DNA of 64,000 nt from an uncultured Cytophagales bacterium. Its GTDB lineage: Bacteria > Bacteroidota > Bacteroidia > Cytophagales > JAAEPT01. Of this stretch, positions 10,218-19,982 are shown in pieces (positions within the stretch are counted from its first letter, which is position 1; each line of letters begins with the position of its first letter). The stretch lies in contig CAZEGV010000003.1 in the NCBI GenBank assembly GCA_964511645.1, positions 2,591 through 66,590 on the forward strand, read 5' to 3'. A program made the position numbers and the translations under genes. The notes under the pieces are model-generated. The model did no database searches. It saw nothing but the letters and a program-made list of their open reading frames with translations, and was not told where the DNA came from.

Positions 10218-10681
10218 TGCAAGACCCTTGTAAATAGTTCTCACTTTGTTTCAAGAAATTCCTTGATTTATCCTCGTACTCTCTTTCGTCTAACTATACC
10301 ATCAGATAAGCCATGTTCATCGCTAAGTTCTGTTGTTTTTCTACCTGATTTTAATAGCTCAACTATCATTCATTACTTTAAAATCATTCTCATACTTCTT
10401 CATCATAATATAAATATATAAATTGCGGATTTTTTTTCAACAATTATAGACATTCCACTTAATACCAGTTTAACTATAATATGAGTCTAATTTAGATTGA
10501 ATTGTTTTTTGCAATATCGAGGAAAAATGATTTAGCATAACTGGTTACGGTAAATTATTTTAACGAAGAGAGTGTAAAAACAAACAGGATAAATGACTTA
10601 TCTTATAGTTAAAATGGTATAACTCACTAGCGGTAAAAATATCGGATATAAAAAGTGGGAAATGTTTACAAGGGTTTTGCA
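10218..10681 (-). mobile_element. Decayed, internally deleted IS element (IS3-like OrfA remnant) bounded by 17-bp imperfect inverted repeats
   Basis: TGCAAGACCCTTGTAAA (10218-10234) matches the reverse complement of 10665-10681 (TGCAAAACCCTTGTAAA) at 16 of 17 positions. Both ends begin with TG. The repeats enclose the transposase HTH remnant. The flanks (TTA versus GCG) show no target-site duplication. Confidence 0.5.
10268..10406 (-). pseudogene. Transposase OrfA (HTH_Tnp_1 / IS3-type) N-terminal remnant, frameshifted and truncated
   Basis: The minus strand reads MMKKYENDFKVMNDS* and then, in another frame, MIVELLKSGRKTTELSDEHGLSDGIVRRKRVRG*. Together these resemble the ..EFK..AVEL..SG.S..ELA.E.G.S...L.RW.. 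pattern of IS3 OrfA proteins. Confidence 0.55.
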
Positions 10682-10698
10682 GCGGTCTTAAACTATAT

Positions 10699-10772
10699 GG
10701 GGCTGTACCTGAAAATGGGATAAACTCTGACCGAAGAAATAGCCCTGAGAGTAAAGCGAAAGGGAAGCCCTC
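10699..10772 (-). repeat. Possible seventh, degenerate copy (G) of the modular hairpin repeat
   Basis: On the minus strand, directly after the nadB stop, the sequence reads TTAGAGGGCTTCCCTTTCGCTTTACTC...AGCCCC. This shares the TTAG(A)GGGCTTCCC start with copies A and B, and shares a TTTCGCT..ACTC core. Confidence 0.35.
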
Positions 10773-10777
10773 TAATT

Positions 10778-12343
10778 TTATTTTTTGATTAAATCTACAT
10801 TGTAGAAAGATCCTTTGTTTTCTGTTTGTAAAGATGATTGTTTTACAATTAGGTAGGCGATTGAGATTAGGTTTCTTAGTTCGCAAAGCTGCGGTGATAT
10901 TCTAGTTGAATTATATAACTCTTCTGTCTCCAAATAATGAATTTCGAGTCTTCTTAAAGCTCGTTTTATTCGTTCGTTTGACCGAACAATTGCCATATAA
11001 TCGCTCATGATGATTTGTAGTTCCTTACGAGAGTGAGTGATTAAAACCAGCTCTTTTGGTTCTGAGGTTCCTTTAACTACCCAACTTGGTACAGCCTTGT
11101 TAAATTCGATTTTATCTAGTTTGGTTTCTAAATCATTGGCACTTCTGTGTGCAAATACAATTCCCTCAAGTAAGGAGTTAGAAGCTAGTCGGTTAGCACC
11201 ATGTAGCCCTGTGCGAGAAGCTTCTCCGCAGGCGTAAAGGTTAGTGATGGAAGTGTTTCCGTTTTCGTCTACATCAATACCGCCACAGGTATAATGAGCT
11301 GCGGGCACTACTGGTATCCAGTTTTTGGCTGTATCAATATTGATTTTTTTACAATAATCGTAGATATTAGGAAAATGGTTGATGAACTCTTCTAAATCTA
11401 AATGTGTGCAATCTAAATAAACATGTTTTTCTCCTGATTTGTTAAGTTCATCATCTATTGCTTTGGATACGATGTCACGAGAAGCTAGTTCGCCTCTTTC
11501 GTCATAGTTAAACACAAATCGCTCACCTTTACTGTTTTTGATATAAGCTCCAAAACCTCTTACTGCTTCAGAAATTAAAAATGAGGGGCTTACATCTGCT
11601 TGGTATAATGAGGTGGGATGGAATTGAACATATTCCATGTCGGCAATAGTTGCTTTGGCCCTATATGCCATTGCTATACCATCTCCAGTTGCAATTACAG
11701 GGTTGGTTGTGTGAGCATACACTTGACCAGCTCCTCCACTAGCTAGCATAGTTATTTTAGCAATAATTCTATCTGTTTTTTTCTTTTTTTCGTCTAGGAT
11801 GTACGCACCATAACAAGTGTTAGGCATGTCTCTAGTGATTTTTTTGCCTAAATGGTGATCAGTAATTAAGTCCACTACATAAACATTTTCTTGGATAATT
11901 ACGTTTTTTAATGTTTTGACTTTAGCAATTAGAGCTCGTTCTATTTCAAACCCTGTAATGTCTTTATGGTGCAAGATTCGGAAAGCAGAATGTCCACCTT
12001 CTTTTGCCATGTCATATTCTCCGTTATCCTTTTTGTCAAAGCTTACGCCAAAATCTATGAGTTCTTGTAGTCTTTTGGGAGCTTCTTTTACCACGATTTC
12101 TACAATTTCTCTTTTGCTTACACCATCTCCTGCTACCATAGTGTCTTCAATATGGCTTTCGAAAGAGTCTAGCTTACTGAAAACAGTTGCAATACCTCCC
12201 TGTGCGTATTTTGTATTGGTTTCCTGTAACCCTGCTTTGGCTACGAGCAATATTTTTTTATTAGGAAATTTAGCAGCTGTTTTTATTACAAAACTCAATC
12301 CTGCTACTCCTGACCCGATTACTAATACGTCTGTTTTAATCAT
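10778..12343 (-). CDS. nadB: L-aspartate oxidase
   Basis: 521 aa. It has an FAD fold (DVLVIGSGVAGLS), then AQGGIA, HPTSL, and CGGIDVDENGNTSITNLYACGEASRTGLHGANRLASNSLLE. Confidence 0.95.
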   Translation of the reverse strand: MIKTDVLVIGSGVAGLSFVIKTAAKFPNKKILLVAKAGLQETNTKYAQGGIATVFSKLDSFESHIEDTMVAGDGVSKREIVEIVVKEAPKRLQELIDFGVSFDKKDNGEYDMAKEGGHSAFRILHHKDITGFEIERALIAKVKTLKNVIIQENVYVVDLITDHHLGKKITRDMPNTCYGAYILDEKKKKTDRIIAKITMLASGGAGQVYAHTTNPVIATGDGIAMAYRAKATIADMEYVQFHPTSLYQADVSPSFLISEAVRGFGAYIKNSKGERFVFNYDERGELASRDIVSKAIDDELNKSGEKHVYLDCTHLDLEEFINHFPNIYDYCKKINIDTAKNWIPVVPAAHYTCGGIDVDENGNTSITNLYACGEASRTGLHGANRLASNSLLEGIVFAHRSANDLETKLDKIEFNKAVPSWVVKGTSEPKELVLITHSRKELQIIMSDYMAIVRSNERIKRALRRLEIHYLETEELYNSTRISPQLCELRNLISIAYLIVKQSSLQTENKGSFYNVDLIKK

Positions 12344-12348
12344 GGTGT

Positions 12349-13347
12349 TTACTTTGATATTTCAAGCATTCTTTCAATTGGAATCAATGCTTTTTTTCTA
12401 ATTTCTTCATCAACTGTTACTTCTGGTAACTCATGTTTCATACAGAGATACAGTTTTTGTAGCGTATTCATTTTCATGTACCCGCATTCTGAGCAAGCAC
12501 AGGTATTGTCTTCTTTAGCAGGTAATGGGATTAATTTTTTGTCAGGAGCTTCTTTTTTCATTTTATGAAGAATTCCTGCTTCCGTTCCTACAATGTATTT
12601 TTTATTGTCATCATTTTTTACAAATTCAATCATGCCAGAAGTAGATCCAATATAATTGGCCACTTTTAGTATATGTGCTTCCGATTCTGGGTGAGCAATA
12701 ATTTTTGCATCAGGATGTTCTGTATGTAATGCCAGTAATTTGTCAATAGCAAAAGCTTCATGAACTATACAAGCACCATTCCAAAGTAACATATCTCTTC
12801 CCGTAATTTTATTAATATATGCTCCTAAGTTTTTGTCTGGGGCAAATATGATGGGTTGATCTTCAGGAATTGAATCTATGATTTTTTTTGCATTAGAAGA
12901 GGTACATACTAAGTCGCTTAAAGCTTTTACACCTGCCGAAGCATTTACGTAGGTTACTACTATGTGATCAGGGTGTTTCTTTTTGAATGTTGCCAAGTCT
13001 TCTGCAGAACAAGATTCAGCTAGTGAACATCCTGCATTAAGGTCAGGTAATAATACTTTTTTTGTAGGACTTAGTATTTTGGCTGTTTCTGCCATAAAAT
13101 GTACGCCAGCAAATACAATAATATCAGCCTTAGTCTCTGCCGCTTTTTGGGATAGTCCCAAGCTATCCCCAACATAATCTGCGATATCCTGAATAGCGGA
13201 TTCTTGGTAGTAATGAGCTAAGATTATTGCATTTTTTTCTTTTTTGAGTTTAGTTATCTCTGCTACTAAATCTATGTCTTTAGATACTTCTACATCTAAG
13301 TATCCTACTTTTTGTAAGTTGATTTTAGCGTCGTTTATATTAGTCAT
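12349..13347 (-). CDS. nadA: Quinolinate synthase
   Basis: 332 aa with [22 protein letters not shown] and Cys ligand contexts ([28 protein letters not shown]). It lies 5 nt upstream of nadB in the same orientation. Confidence 0.95.
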   Translation of the reverse strand: MTNINDAKINLQKVGYLDVEVSKDIDLVAEITKLKKEKNAIILAHYYQESAIQDIADYVGDSLGLSQKAAETKADIIVFAGVHFMAETAKILSPTKKVLLPDLNAGCSLAESCSAEDLATFKKKHPDHIVVTYVNASAGVKALSDLVCTSSNAKKIIDSIPEDQPIIFAPDKNLGAYINKITGRDMLLWNGACIVHEAFAIDKLLALHTEHPDAKIIAHPESEAHILKVANYIGSTSGMIEFVKNDDNKKYIVGTEAGILHKMKKEAPDKKLIPLPAKEDNTCACSECGYMKMNTLQKLYLCMKHELPEVTVDEEIRKKALIPIERMLEISK

Positions 13348-13450
13348 TTTAGTAGTATAGTTTGGCTTGGTAATAGGCTATGTCTTTAAAGAAATAACAA
13401 TATACGATTAAAAAATATTTTTACCTTGGCTAGTACGGGTAATTTGCATT

Positions 13451-13526
13451 TGGGGTGTCTATTAGACTTTCGCCGTATTAAGAAATCGGATTGATGAAGT
13501 TTATCTCAAAATTACTAGGTACCCCA
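13451..13526 (-). promoter_or_regulatory. Candidate structured 5' leader of nadA-nadB (unclassified)
   Basis: On the minus strand, UGGGGU (13526-13521) can pair with ACCCCA (13456-13451), closing about 76 nt that contain CCG..CGG and GCGAAAGUC segments. A TACTTTTA near -7 box lies just upstream. The nadA ATG is about 104 nt downstream. Confidence 0.2.
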
Positions 13527-13638
13527 CTATAAAAGTAAAAAACCTAAACCCAATTTCATTGAAAATATTTATGCTATTTATAATAATGTAAGTTTTACAA
13601 GGCTTAAGTTCAAGTAATGAATTACATAAAAAAATAGA

Positions 13639-15402
13639 TCAAAACAAATCGTACCACCATGACAAGCCTATAATAGTAACTAACATATATACCAAGGTAA
13701 TCGGGAGTCCCATTGTAACAAAATCTTTGAATCTATACCCGCCAGAACCATAAACCATCATATTGGTTTGATAACCTATTGGTGTGATGAAATTAGCTGC
13801 ACCAGCAAAGGCTACAACTAATATAAAAGGCATTATGTTTACCCCAAGAGCTAGACCTACGCCTACCGAAATATTAAAAGTGACAGCCACTGCTGCCTTG
13901 GACGTAATGATTGAAGATAAAAAAGAGGTGACAATAAAGATGATAGATAAAAATAAAACAGCACTTCCTTCGCTAGATAAGGACATGATTAATTCTGCTA
14001 TTTTTTGACTTGTACCTGAGTTTTCCATCGCTTTCCCTAATGCTAGACCAAGCCCTATAATCATTATTAGATTATAATCTATTGCTGATTTGATGTCATT
14101 TATTGTGGCAGTTTTTGTTAGTACACTTATTGTGAGTAATAGGAGTAATGACTTAAATAATGATACTAAACCTAAGGCATGTAATACAATAGCTAGAACC
14201 ATCCCTAGTAATACTGCTAATACTTTTTTAAAATCAGTGTTTTTTGGTTTTTGAGAATGTGAAATGACATAAAAATCATTTTTTGACTCAATTCTTTTAC
14301 TGAAATCTTGCCCAACCATAAGTAAAAGTACATCACCAGATTTTAATACTACTTTCCCTAACTGTCCCCATACTCGCTCACCATTCCTGTGAATAGCCAA
14401 TACTGCCGCATCAAAATTAGACCTGAAATTACTATCTCTTATTACTTGACCAGACAATTGGGAACGATGCGAAAGAACAACTTCTACAATGTCTTTTTGT
14501 TGAGCATCTGTCATGCCTGATTCTTGAGGCCATGACAATCCATATTGCTCTAAATCAACTTTATCTATAGCAGCAGATTCTCCTGAAAAAAACAATACGT
14601 CTCCTTCTTCTAAGGTTTCGTTAGAAGATACTGCTCTAATGATTTTTCCATTTCGATTAAGTTCTACCAAAAATAAGTCTTCTAAATTCCTTAATCCCGC
14701 TTCTTGTACTGTATTACCTATGATTGAAGAGTCTTTTATTATTTGTGTTTCCACAAAAAATAAACGAGAATTACTCTCTTCTCCTTTAAAGATGTTTTTG
14801 TTATTAGGTAAAAGTTTAAATGAAAAAAAGAATAAAAATAGAATTCCTATTATAAACATAGTTAAGCCAATGGGAGTTACTGCTAATAAGTCAATAGCAC
14901 CTAATCCACGGGCTTCTGCCATTCCGCTTACAATTAATAAAGTTGATGTTCCTATTATTGTGATACAGCCACCCAAAATGCTGGCATATGATAAAGGGAG
15001 TAAAAATTTAGAAGGTGATATGCCTTTATTACGAGCCCATTCGTACACATAAGGAATCATCATAGCTACTAAAGGAGTGTTGTTGAAAAAAGCAGAACTT
15101 AAGCCTATGCTTGACATCATCTTTAGTAAGAAAATTTTAGGATTGTCATCTTTCTTAAAAAATCGGTTCATTAAATCAGTAAGTGTAGAAGCACGCTTAA
15201 ATACATTACTAAGAATTAGTAAAAATATAATAATGGCAATTTGTTTGTTTGCAAATCCTTCCAATGCTTCTTCTGGAGAAAGGATTCCTGTAATTAAAAA
15301 AGTGACGATAACTACCAAAAAAGTTTTAGCAGGTGCTAACCATTCTTTGTAAAGTGTAATGATTAAAAAAACAATTCCTAATACAACTAAAGCTATCTCC
15401 AT
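13639..15402 (-). CDS. SLC13/DASS-family anion permease with two central TrkA-C domains
   Basis: 587 aa. Multi-TM N- and C-terminal halves flank a soluble region with two TrkA-C-like repeats (..GNTVQEAGLR...EGDVLFFSG.. and ..GQVIRDSNFR...SGDVLLLMVG..). Confidence 0.8.
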   Translation of the reverse strand: MEIALVVLGIVFLIITLYKEWLAPAKTFLVVIVTFLITGILSPEEALEGFANKQIAIIIFLLILSNVFKRASTLTDLMNRFFKKDDNPKIFLLKMMSSIGLSSAFFNNTPLVAMMIPYVYEWARNKGISPSKFLLPLSYASILGGCITIIGTSTLLIVSGMAEARGLGAIDLLAVTPIGLTMFIIGILFLFFFSFKLLPNNKNIFKGEESNSRLFFVETQIIKDSSIIGNTVQEAGLRNLEDLFLVELNRNGKIIRAVSSNETLEEGDVLFFSGESAAIDKVDLEQYGLSWPQESGMTDAQQKDIVEVVLSHRSQLSGQVIRDSNFRSNFDAAVLAIHRNGERVWGQLGKVVLKSGDVLLLMVGQDFSKRIESKNDFYVISHSQKPKNTDFKKVLAVLLGMVLAIVLHALGLVSLFKSLLLLLTISVLTKTATINDIKSAIDYNLIMIIGLGLALGKAMENSGTSQKIAELIMSLSSEGSAVLFLSIIFIVTSFLSSIITSKAAVAVTFNISVGVGLALGVNIMPFILVVAFAGAANFITPIGYQTNMMVYGSGGYRFKDFVTMGLPITLVYMLVTIIGLSWWYDLF

Positions 15403-15444
15403 CTCTAAGTGTTTGGTAGAATAACAAATGTGCTTATTATTCTT

Positions 15445-15467
15445 TACAAAAGAAAATTTCTTTTGTA
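15445..15467 (-). terminator. Palindromic hairpin downstream of thiG
   Basis: TACAAAAGAAAATTTCTTTTGTA is a near-perfect palindrome lying 11 nt after the thiG stop. There is no separate T-tract beyond the stem. Confidence 0.4.
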
Positions 15468-15477
15468 TAAAGCATCT

Positions 15478-16251
15478 TTAATCTAAAAACTCAGTGAGGG
15501 GGCTAGACTGGTTAGCTTTTTTTGATTGGATGCCTAGTTTTGCATGATGAGCCATTCTGCCAGCAATAACGGCTAGTTTAAAAGCTTCTCCCATATCTGT
15601 AGGATTGAGCGATGATGCGATAGCAGTATTAACAAGCACAGCATCAGCCCCAATTTCCATAGCAGCGGCTGCGTGAGAAGGTGCACCTAGTCCTGCATCT
15701 ACAATGACAGGAACGGTGCTTTGGTCAATAATTATTTCTAAAAAATCTTTTGTTTTAAGACCTTGGTTTGAGCCAATCGTTGCTCCTAATGGCATTACTG
15801 CTGCTACCCCAACTTCCTCTAATCGTTTGCAGAGTACTGGGTCTGCATGAATGTATGGTAATACTACAAACCCTAGCTTGACTAATTTTTCTGCGGCTTT
15901 TAGTGTTTCGATAGGGTCAGGCATTAAGTATTTAGGGTCAGGATGGATTTCTAATTTTAGCCAGTTGGTTTTTAATGCTTCTTGGGCTAGCTGTGCTGCA
16001 AAAATAGCTTCTTCTGCTGTGCGAACTCCTGAGGTGTTAGGTAATAAGTGAATGTGTGAGTGATTGAGGTGTTGGATAATGTCATCATCTTTTTGCTCTA
16101 AGTCAATACGCTTGAGTGCTACAGTAACCAATTCGGATTTGGAAGCAAGAATAGCTGATTCCATTTCTTTGGAAGACCCAAATTTCCCTGTTCCTGTAAA
16201 AAGTCTTGATTCAAAAACTTTGTCCGCAATGATTAATTTATCGTTTTTCAC
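15478..16251 (-). CDS. thiG: Thiazole synthase
   Basis: 257 aa with [44 protein letters not shown] and [30 protein letters not shown]. Confidence 0.95.
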   Translation of the reverse strand: MKNDKLIIADKVFESRLFTGTGKFGSSKEMESAILASKSELVTVALKRIDLEQKDDDIIQHLNHSHIHLLPNTSGVRTAEEAIFAAQLAQEALKTNWLKLEIHPDPKYLMPDPIETLKAAEKLVKLGFVVLPYIHADPVLCKRLEEVGVAAVMPLGATIGSNQGLKTKDFLEIIIDQSTVPVIVDAGLGAPSHAAAAMEIGADAVLVNTAIASSLNPTDMGEAFKLAVIAGRMAHHAKLGIQSKKANQSSPLTEFLD

Positions 16252-18146
16252 AATAATTCTTTTATTGTTTTAATAATACCTGTCTTATCATAACCACATT
16301 CAGCATGTAGCTCTATATCTGTTCCATGCTCTATCCATTGGTCAGGAATACCTAGTCTTTTCACTTTATTGGTATAGCCGTTATCTGCCATAAATTCAAG
16401 AATTACACTTCCCATCCCACCGTTTAGACAACCATTCTCTACTGTAACGATGTTTTTATATTTCTTTAATACTTGGTGCAAGAGATTTTTGTCAAGTGGT
16501 TTGATGAATCTCATATCGCAATGACCAATATTGACACTTTCTTGTGCTAGAGATTGAACAGCTTGACTGGCATAATTACCAATATGACCAATACTCAAGA
16601 TAACTATTTTATCTCCGATAGCTAATTCTCTTCCCGTACCAATTTTTATCTCCTCTAACTCTTGTTTCCAGTCAATCATTACACCTTTTCCGCGGGGGTA
16701 TCTAATACTAAAAGGACCTTGGTCTGGAAGCTGTGCTGTGTACATTAAGTTACGTAGCTCTACTTCGTTCATAGGTGCAGAAACAATCAGATTAGGGATA
16801 CAACGCATATAAGCGATGTCAAACGATCCGTGGTGTGTAGGTCCATCTGCACCTGCTATACCAGCTCTGTCAAGACAGAAAACGACATTTAGTTTTTGTA
16901 AACAAACGTCATGAATGACTTGATCATAAGCCCGTTGCATAAAAGAGGAGTAAATATTGCAAAAGGGAACCATCCCTTGCGTGGCTAGCCCAGCGGAAAA
17001 AGTGACGGCATGTTGTTCGGCAATTCCTACATCAAATGCTCTGTCTGGCATTTCTTTCATCATAATATTAAGAGATGATCCAGAAGGCATTGCTGGAGTA
17101 ATTCCCATTATTTTGTTATTCTTTTTGGCTAATTCTACTATTGTGTATCCAAATACGTCTTGGTATTTAGGAGGTTCTGGGTTGTCAGGTTTGACCTTGA
17201 TGATTTCACCTGTTTCTACTACAAATTTCCCTGGGGCATGCCACTCTGTTGCTGAGCCAATTTCAGCAGGTTGGTAACCTTTCCCTTTTTTTGTTATACA
17301 ATGTAATATTTTAGGACCAGGAATTTTTTGTAAATCAGATAGTACGTCTATTAGGTGATCTATATTGTGCCCATCTACAGGTCCAAAATATCTGATTTTA
17401 AAAGATTCAAAAAGGTTACTGTGCTTGAGTAGGTAGTTTTTAATGCTTTTTTCTACTTTGGCTACAATTTCTTGGGCATTAGGTCCAAATTTACTAATTT
17501 TCCCTAAAATACGCCAAGCTTCATTTCTAAATTTATTATAAGTGGTAGAGGTTGTGATATCTGTGAGATAATCACGTAAAGCCCCTACATTAGGATCAAT
17601 AGACATACAGTTATCATTAAGTATGATAATCATATTGGCATTGGCAACTCCAGCATGATTCATGGCTTCAAATACCATACCTGCGGTCATGGCACCATCT
17701 CCAATCACGGCTATATGTTGGCGGTTTTTATCATTTTTGTATGATGAAGCTACTGCCATCCCTAGTGCCGCAGATACAGATGTAGATGAATGTCCGACAC
17801 CAAAAGCATCAAATTCACTTTCTGATCGTTTTGGAAACCCACTTATCCCGTTATAGACTCGGTTTGTGTGAAAGTTGTCTTTTCTTCCCGTTAGTATTTT
17901 GTGTCCGTAGGCTTGGTGTCCTACATCCCAAATGAGTTGATCTTCTGGAGTGTTAAAAACATAATGCAAAGCGATAGTAAGTTCTACAACGCCTAAGCTA
18001 GCACCAAAATGCCCTCCGTGAGTGGCTACAGAGTCTACAATGAAAGCACGAAGCTCTTTGGCAAGTTGCCCGAGTTGTTTCTGATTTAATTTTCTTAAAT
18101 CTTCTACCCCTTGTATTTTCTTGAGAAGTTTACCTTGCTTAATCAA
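16248..18146 (-). CDS. dxs: 1-deoxy-D-xylulose-5-phosphate synthase
   Basis: 632 aa with [36 protein letters not shown], and [18 protein letters not shown] (TPP motif). It overlaps thiG by 4 nt. Confidence 0.95.
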   Translation of the reverse strand: MIKQGKLLKKIQGVEDLRKLNQKQLGQLAKELRAFIVDSVATHGGHFGASLGVVELTIALHYVFNTPEDQLIWDVGHQAYGHKILTGRKDNFHTNRVYNGISGFPKRSESEFDAFGVGHSSTSVSAALGMAVASSYKNDKNRQHIAVIGDGAMTAGMVFEAMNHAGVANANMIIILNDNCMSIDPNVGALRDYLTDITTSTTYNKFRNEAWRILGKISKFGPNAQEIVAKVEKSIKNYLLKHSNLFESFKIRYFGPVDGHNIDHLIDVLSDLQKIPGPKILHCITKKGKGYQPAEIGSATEWHAPGKFVVETGEIIKVKPDNPEPPKYQDVFGYTIVELAKKNNKIMGITPAMPSGSSLNIMMKEMPDRAFDVGIAEQHAVTFSAGLATQGMVPFCNIYSSFMQRAYDQVIHDVCLQKLNVVFCLDRAGIAGADGPTHHGSFDIAYMRCIPNLIVSAPMNEVELRNLMYTAQLPDQGPFSIRYPRGKGVMIDWKQELEEIKIGTGRELAIGDKIVILSIGHIGNYASQAVQSLAQESVNIGHCDMRFIKPLDKNLLHQVLKKYKNIVTVENGCLNGGMGSVILEFMADNGYTNKVKRLGIPDQWIEHGTDIELHAECGYDKTGIIKTIKELL

Positions 18147-18256
18147 AAATTTGATGTTTTAACGTTCAATCGACTAATGTAAGCATCTCAATACTTTATT
18201 TATGAAAATAGCTTAGTTTTTATGAAAAATGTGAAGAAATAGTAAGAGTAGTTCTG

Positions 18257-19207
18257 TTACCCAAAAAATGAGTCTACAAATTCACGCTTATTAAAAACTT
18301 GTAAGTCTTCCATCCCTTCACCTACACCAATAAACTTAACAGGTATTTTGAATTGGTCAGAAATACCGATGACTACACCACCTTTGGCAGTACCATCTAG
18401 TTTTGTGATAGCTAATGAGCTTACATCTGTAGCTTTGGTAAACTCTGTAGCTTGTGCAAAAGCATTTTGTCCAGTACTTCCGTCCAATACAAGCATAATT
18501 TCATGTGGAGCTTCAGGTATGAATTTTTGTATTACACGTTTTATTTTTGTTAGTTCGTTCATCAAACCAACTTTATTGTGAAGTCTTCCTGCTGTATCTA
18601 TGATGACAATGTCAGCCTTTTCTTCTACGGCTTGTTTCACTGCGTCGTAAGCAACGGCACTAGGGTCGGTGTTCATCCCTTTGTCCACTACGGGTACGCC
18701 TACTCGTTCTCCCCAAAGCTTAAGTTGATCTACAGCTGCGGCCCTAAAGGTGTCCGCAGCTCCTAGTATTACTTTTTTTCCACTCGCTTTAAATTGGTGA
18801 GCGAGTTTTCCTATGGTAGTTGTTTTTCCTACACCATTTACACCTACAACTAGAAGTACATAAGGCATGTCGGTTTGGGGTAAGCTAAAATCGTTAAAGT
18901 CAGGTGTGTTGTTTTCTGTAAGTAGGGCCGTGATTTCGTCCTTGAGTAAATTATTTAACTCTTCCATATTACTGTATTTTTCATCAGCAACACGAGTTTC
19001 TATTTTCTTAATAATTTTTAATGTAGTACTTACACCTACATCCGAAGTGATAAGTATCTCTTCAAGATTGTCGAGTACCTCATCATCTACTTTTGATTTA
19101 CCAACAATGGCTTTTGTGAATTTAGAGAGAAAGCTAGTTTTAGATTTTTCTAAGCCCTTATCTAGTGTTTCTTTTTTCTTTTTAGAAAATAGACCAAAAA
19201 CTGCCAT
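18257..19207 (-). CDS. ftsY: Signal recognition particle receptor FtsY
   Basis: 316 aa with SRP-GTPase motifs: VGVNGVGKTTTIGKLA, DTFRAAA, IIDTAGRL and TKLDGTAKGG. Confidence 0.95.
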   Translation of the reverse strand: MAVFGLFSKKKKETLDKGLEKSKTSFLSKFTKAIVGKSKVDDEVLDNLEEILITSDVGVSTTLKIIKKIETRVADEKYSNMEELNNLLKDEITALLTENNTPDFNDFSLPQTDMPYVLLVVGVNGVGKTTTIGKLAHQFKASGKKVILGAADTFRAAAVDQLKLWGERVGVPVVDKGMNTDPSAVAYDAVKQAVEEKADIVIIDTAGRLHNKVGLMNELTKIKRVIQKFIPEAPHEIMLVLDGSTGQNAFAQATEFTKATDVSSLAITKLDGTAKGGVVIGISDQFKIPVKFIGVGEGMEDLQVFNKREFVDSFFG

Positions 19208-19229
19208 AATTGTGTTGTTTTTTTATACG

Positions 19230-19258
19230 AAAAAAGTCCCGTTAAATTAAAGGGACTC
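19230..19258 (-). terminator. Rho-independent terminator after the rpmB-rpmG-DUF4295 unit
   Basis: The minus strand reads AGTCCCtttaatttaacGGGACT followed by TTTTTT. It lies about 30 nt after the DUF4295 stop. Confidence 0.6.
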
Positions 19259-19287
19259 TTTTGTTGTAATGTGTTAAAGACTGAAAA

Positions 19288-19443
19288 TTATTTTTTCGCC
19301 AATACTTCTTTTACCAAATCGTTGTGAACCATTTGTTCTTTGAAAGTATATGCACCAGTTTTTTCTGAACGTGTACTTTTAATTACTTTGGTGTACGTTT
19401 TACCACTCCCTTTCTGTAAACTTGCTACTGTTTTCTTAGCCAT
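19288..19443 (-). CDS. Small conserved protein of the DUF4295 type (51 aa); not in the ORF track
   Basis: My translation reads MAKKTVASLQKGSGKTYTKVIKSTRSEKTGAYTFKEQMVHNDLVKEVLAKK*. Its position immediately after rpmG is the usual Bacteroidota context for this family, as I recall it. Confidence 0.7.
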   Translation of the reverse strand: MAKKTVASLQKGSGKTYTKVIKSTRSEKTGAYTFKEQMVHNDLVKEVLAKK

Positions 19444-19450
19444 AGCTCAA

Positions 19451-19633
19451 TTATTTAATTTCTTTGTGAATTGTATATTTCTTCAAAACTGAGTTATATT
19501 TTTTTAACTCTAATCTCTCAGTAGTATTTTTTCTGTTCTTAGTCGTGATGTACCTAGACGTCCCCGCTACACCAGAGTTTTTGTGCTCTGTGCATTCTAA
19601 GATAACTTGTACTCTATTTCCTTTCTTAGCCAT
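19451..19633 (-). CDS. rpmG: 50S ribosomal protein L33
   Basis: 60 aa, [18 protein letters not shown]...[31 protein letters not shown]. Confidence 0.95.
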   Translation of the reverse strand: MAKKGNRVQVILECTEHKNSGVAGTSRYITTKNRKNTTERLELKKYNSVLKKYTIHKEIK

Positions 19634-19648
19634 TATTCCGCTTCTTTA

Positions 19649-19888
19649 TTAATATAGTAGATTACCTTGCTTCTTCGCTTTCTTCAATACAGCAGATATG
19701 CCATGTTTATCTATTGTACGAAGTGCTGTTGATGAAACTTTAAGTGTTATCCACTTCCCTTCCTCAGGGATATAAAATTTCTTCTTATGAAGATTAGGTA
19801 AAAATCTTCTTTTAGATTTAATATTTGAGTGAGAGACGTTGTTTCCTACTCTCGGTCTCTTACCAGTGATTTGACAAATTCTTGACAT
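19649..19888 (-). CDS. rpmB: 50S ribosomal protein L28
   Basis: I chose the internal ATG at 19888 (MSRICQITGKRPRVGNNVSHSNIKSKRRFLPNL..), which is the canonical L28 N-terminus. The 28-aa upstream extension in the track is unlikely to be real. Confidence 0.9.
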   Translation of the reverse strand: MSRICQITGKRPRVGNNVSHSNIKSKRRFLPNLHKKKFYIPEEGKWITLKVSSTALRTIDKHGISAVLKKAKKQGNLLY

Positions 19889-19982
19889 AATTATCCGTTT
19901 TCGTTGTAAACAGGGCAACAAAGGTGCGGATAAAACTTTAGACTTCAAAGCATCGCCTGAATAAATTCGCATCTTTTTATAA

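Noticed and set aside
10603-10620. 18-nt exact match TTATAGTTAAAATGGTAT between 10603-10620 (inside the IS remnant) and 61181-61198 (between gap and the APH-like gene)
   Set aside because: My back-of-envelope estimate for this AT-rich composition gives an expectation of the order of 0.3-1 such chance match in a 64-kb window. The flanking similarity is weak. It is not enough to call a second IS fragment.
10699-10772. TPP-riboswitch-like words (CTGAGA, ACCTGA, GCGAAAGGGAAG) downstream of nadB
   Set aside because: The order of the words is wrong for a TPP aptamer (ACCUGA precedes CUGAGA), and no gene lies downstream on that strand. On the opposite strand the segment is better explained as a degenerate copy of the stop-codon-anchored hairpin repeat.
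10560-10886. 108-aa ORF overlapping the 3' end of nadB and the intergenic repeat
   Set aside because: It overlaps a well-supported gene, runs through repeat and IS-end sequence, and has an implausible composition with no motifs.
19889-19982. Hairpin TATCCG...CGGATA upstream of rpmB as a possible ribosomal-protein leader
   Set aside because: It is a single 6-bp stem enclosing 29 nt. I can recall no known L28/L33 leader motif that matches it, and I could not assess conservation.
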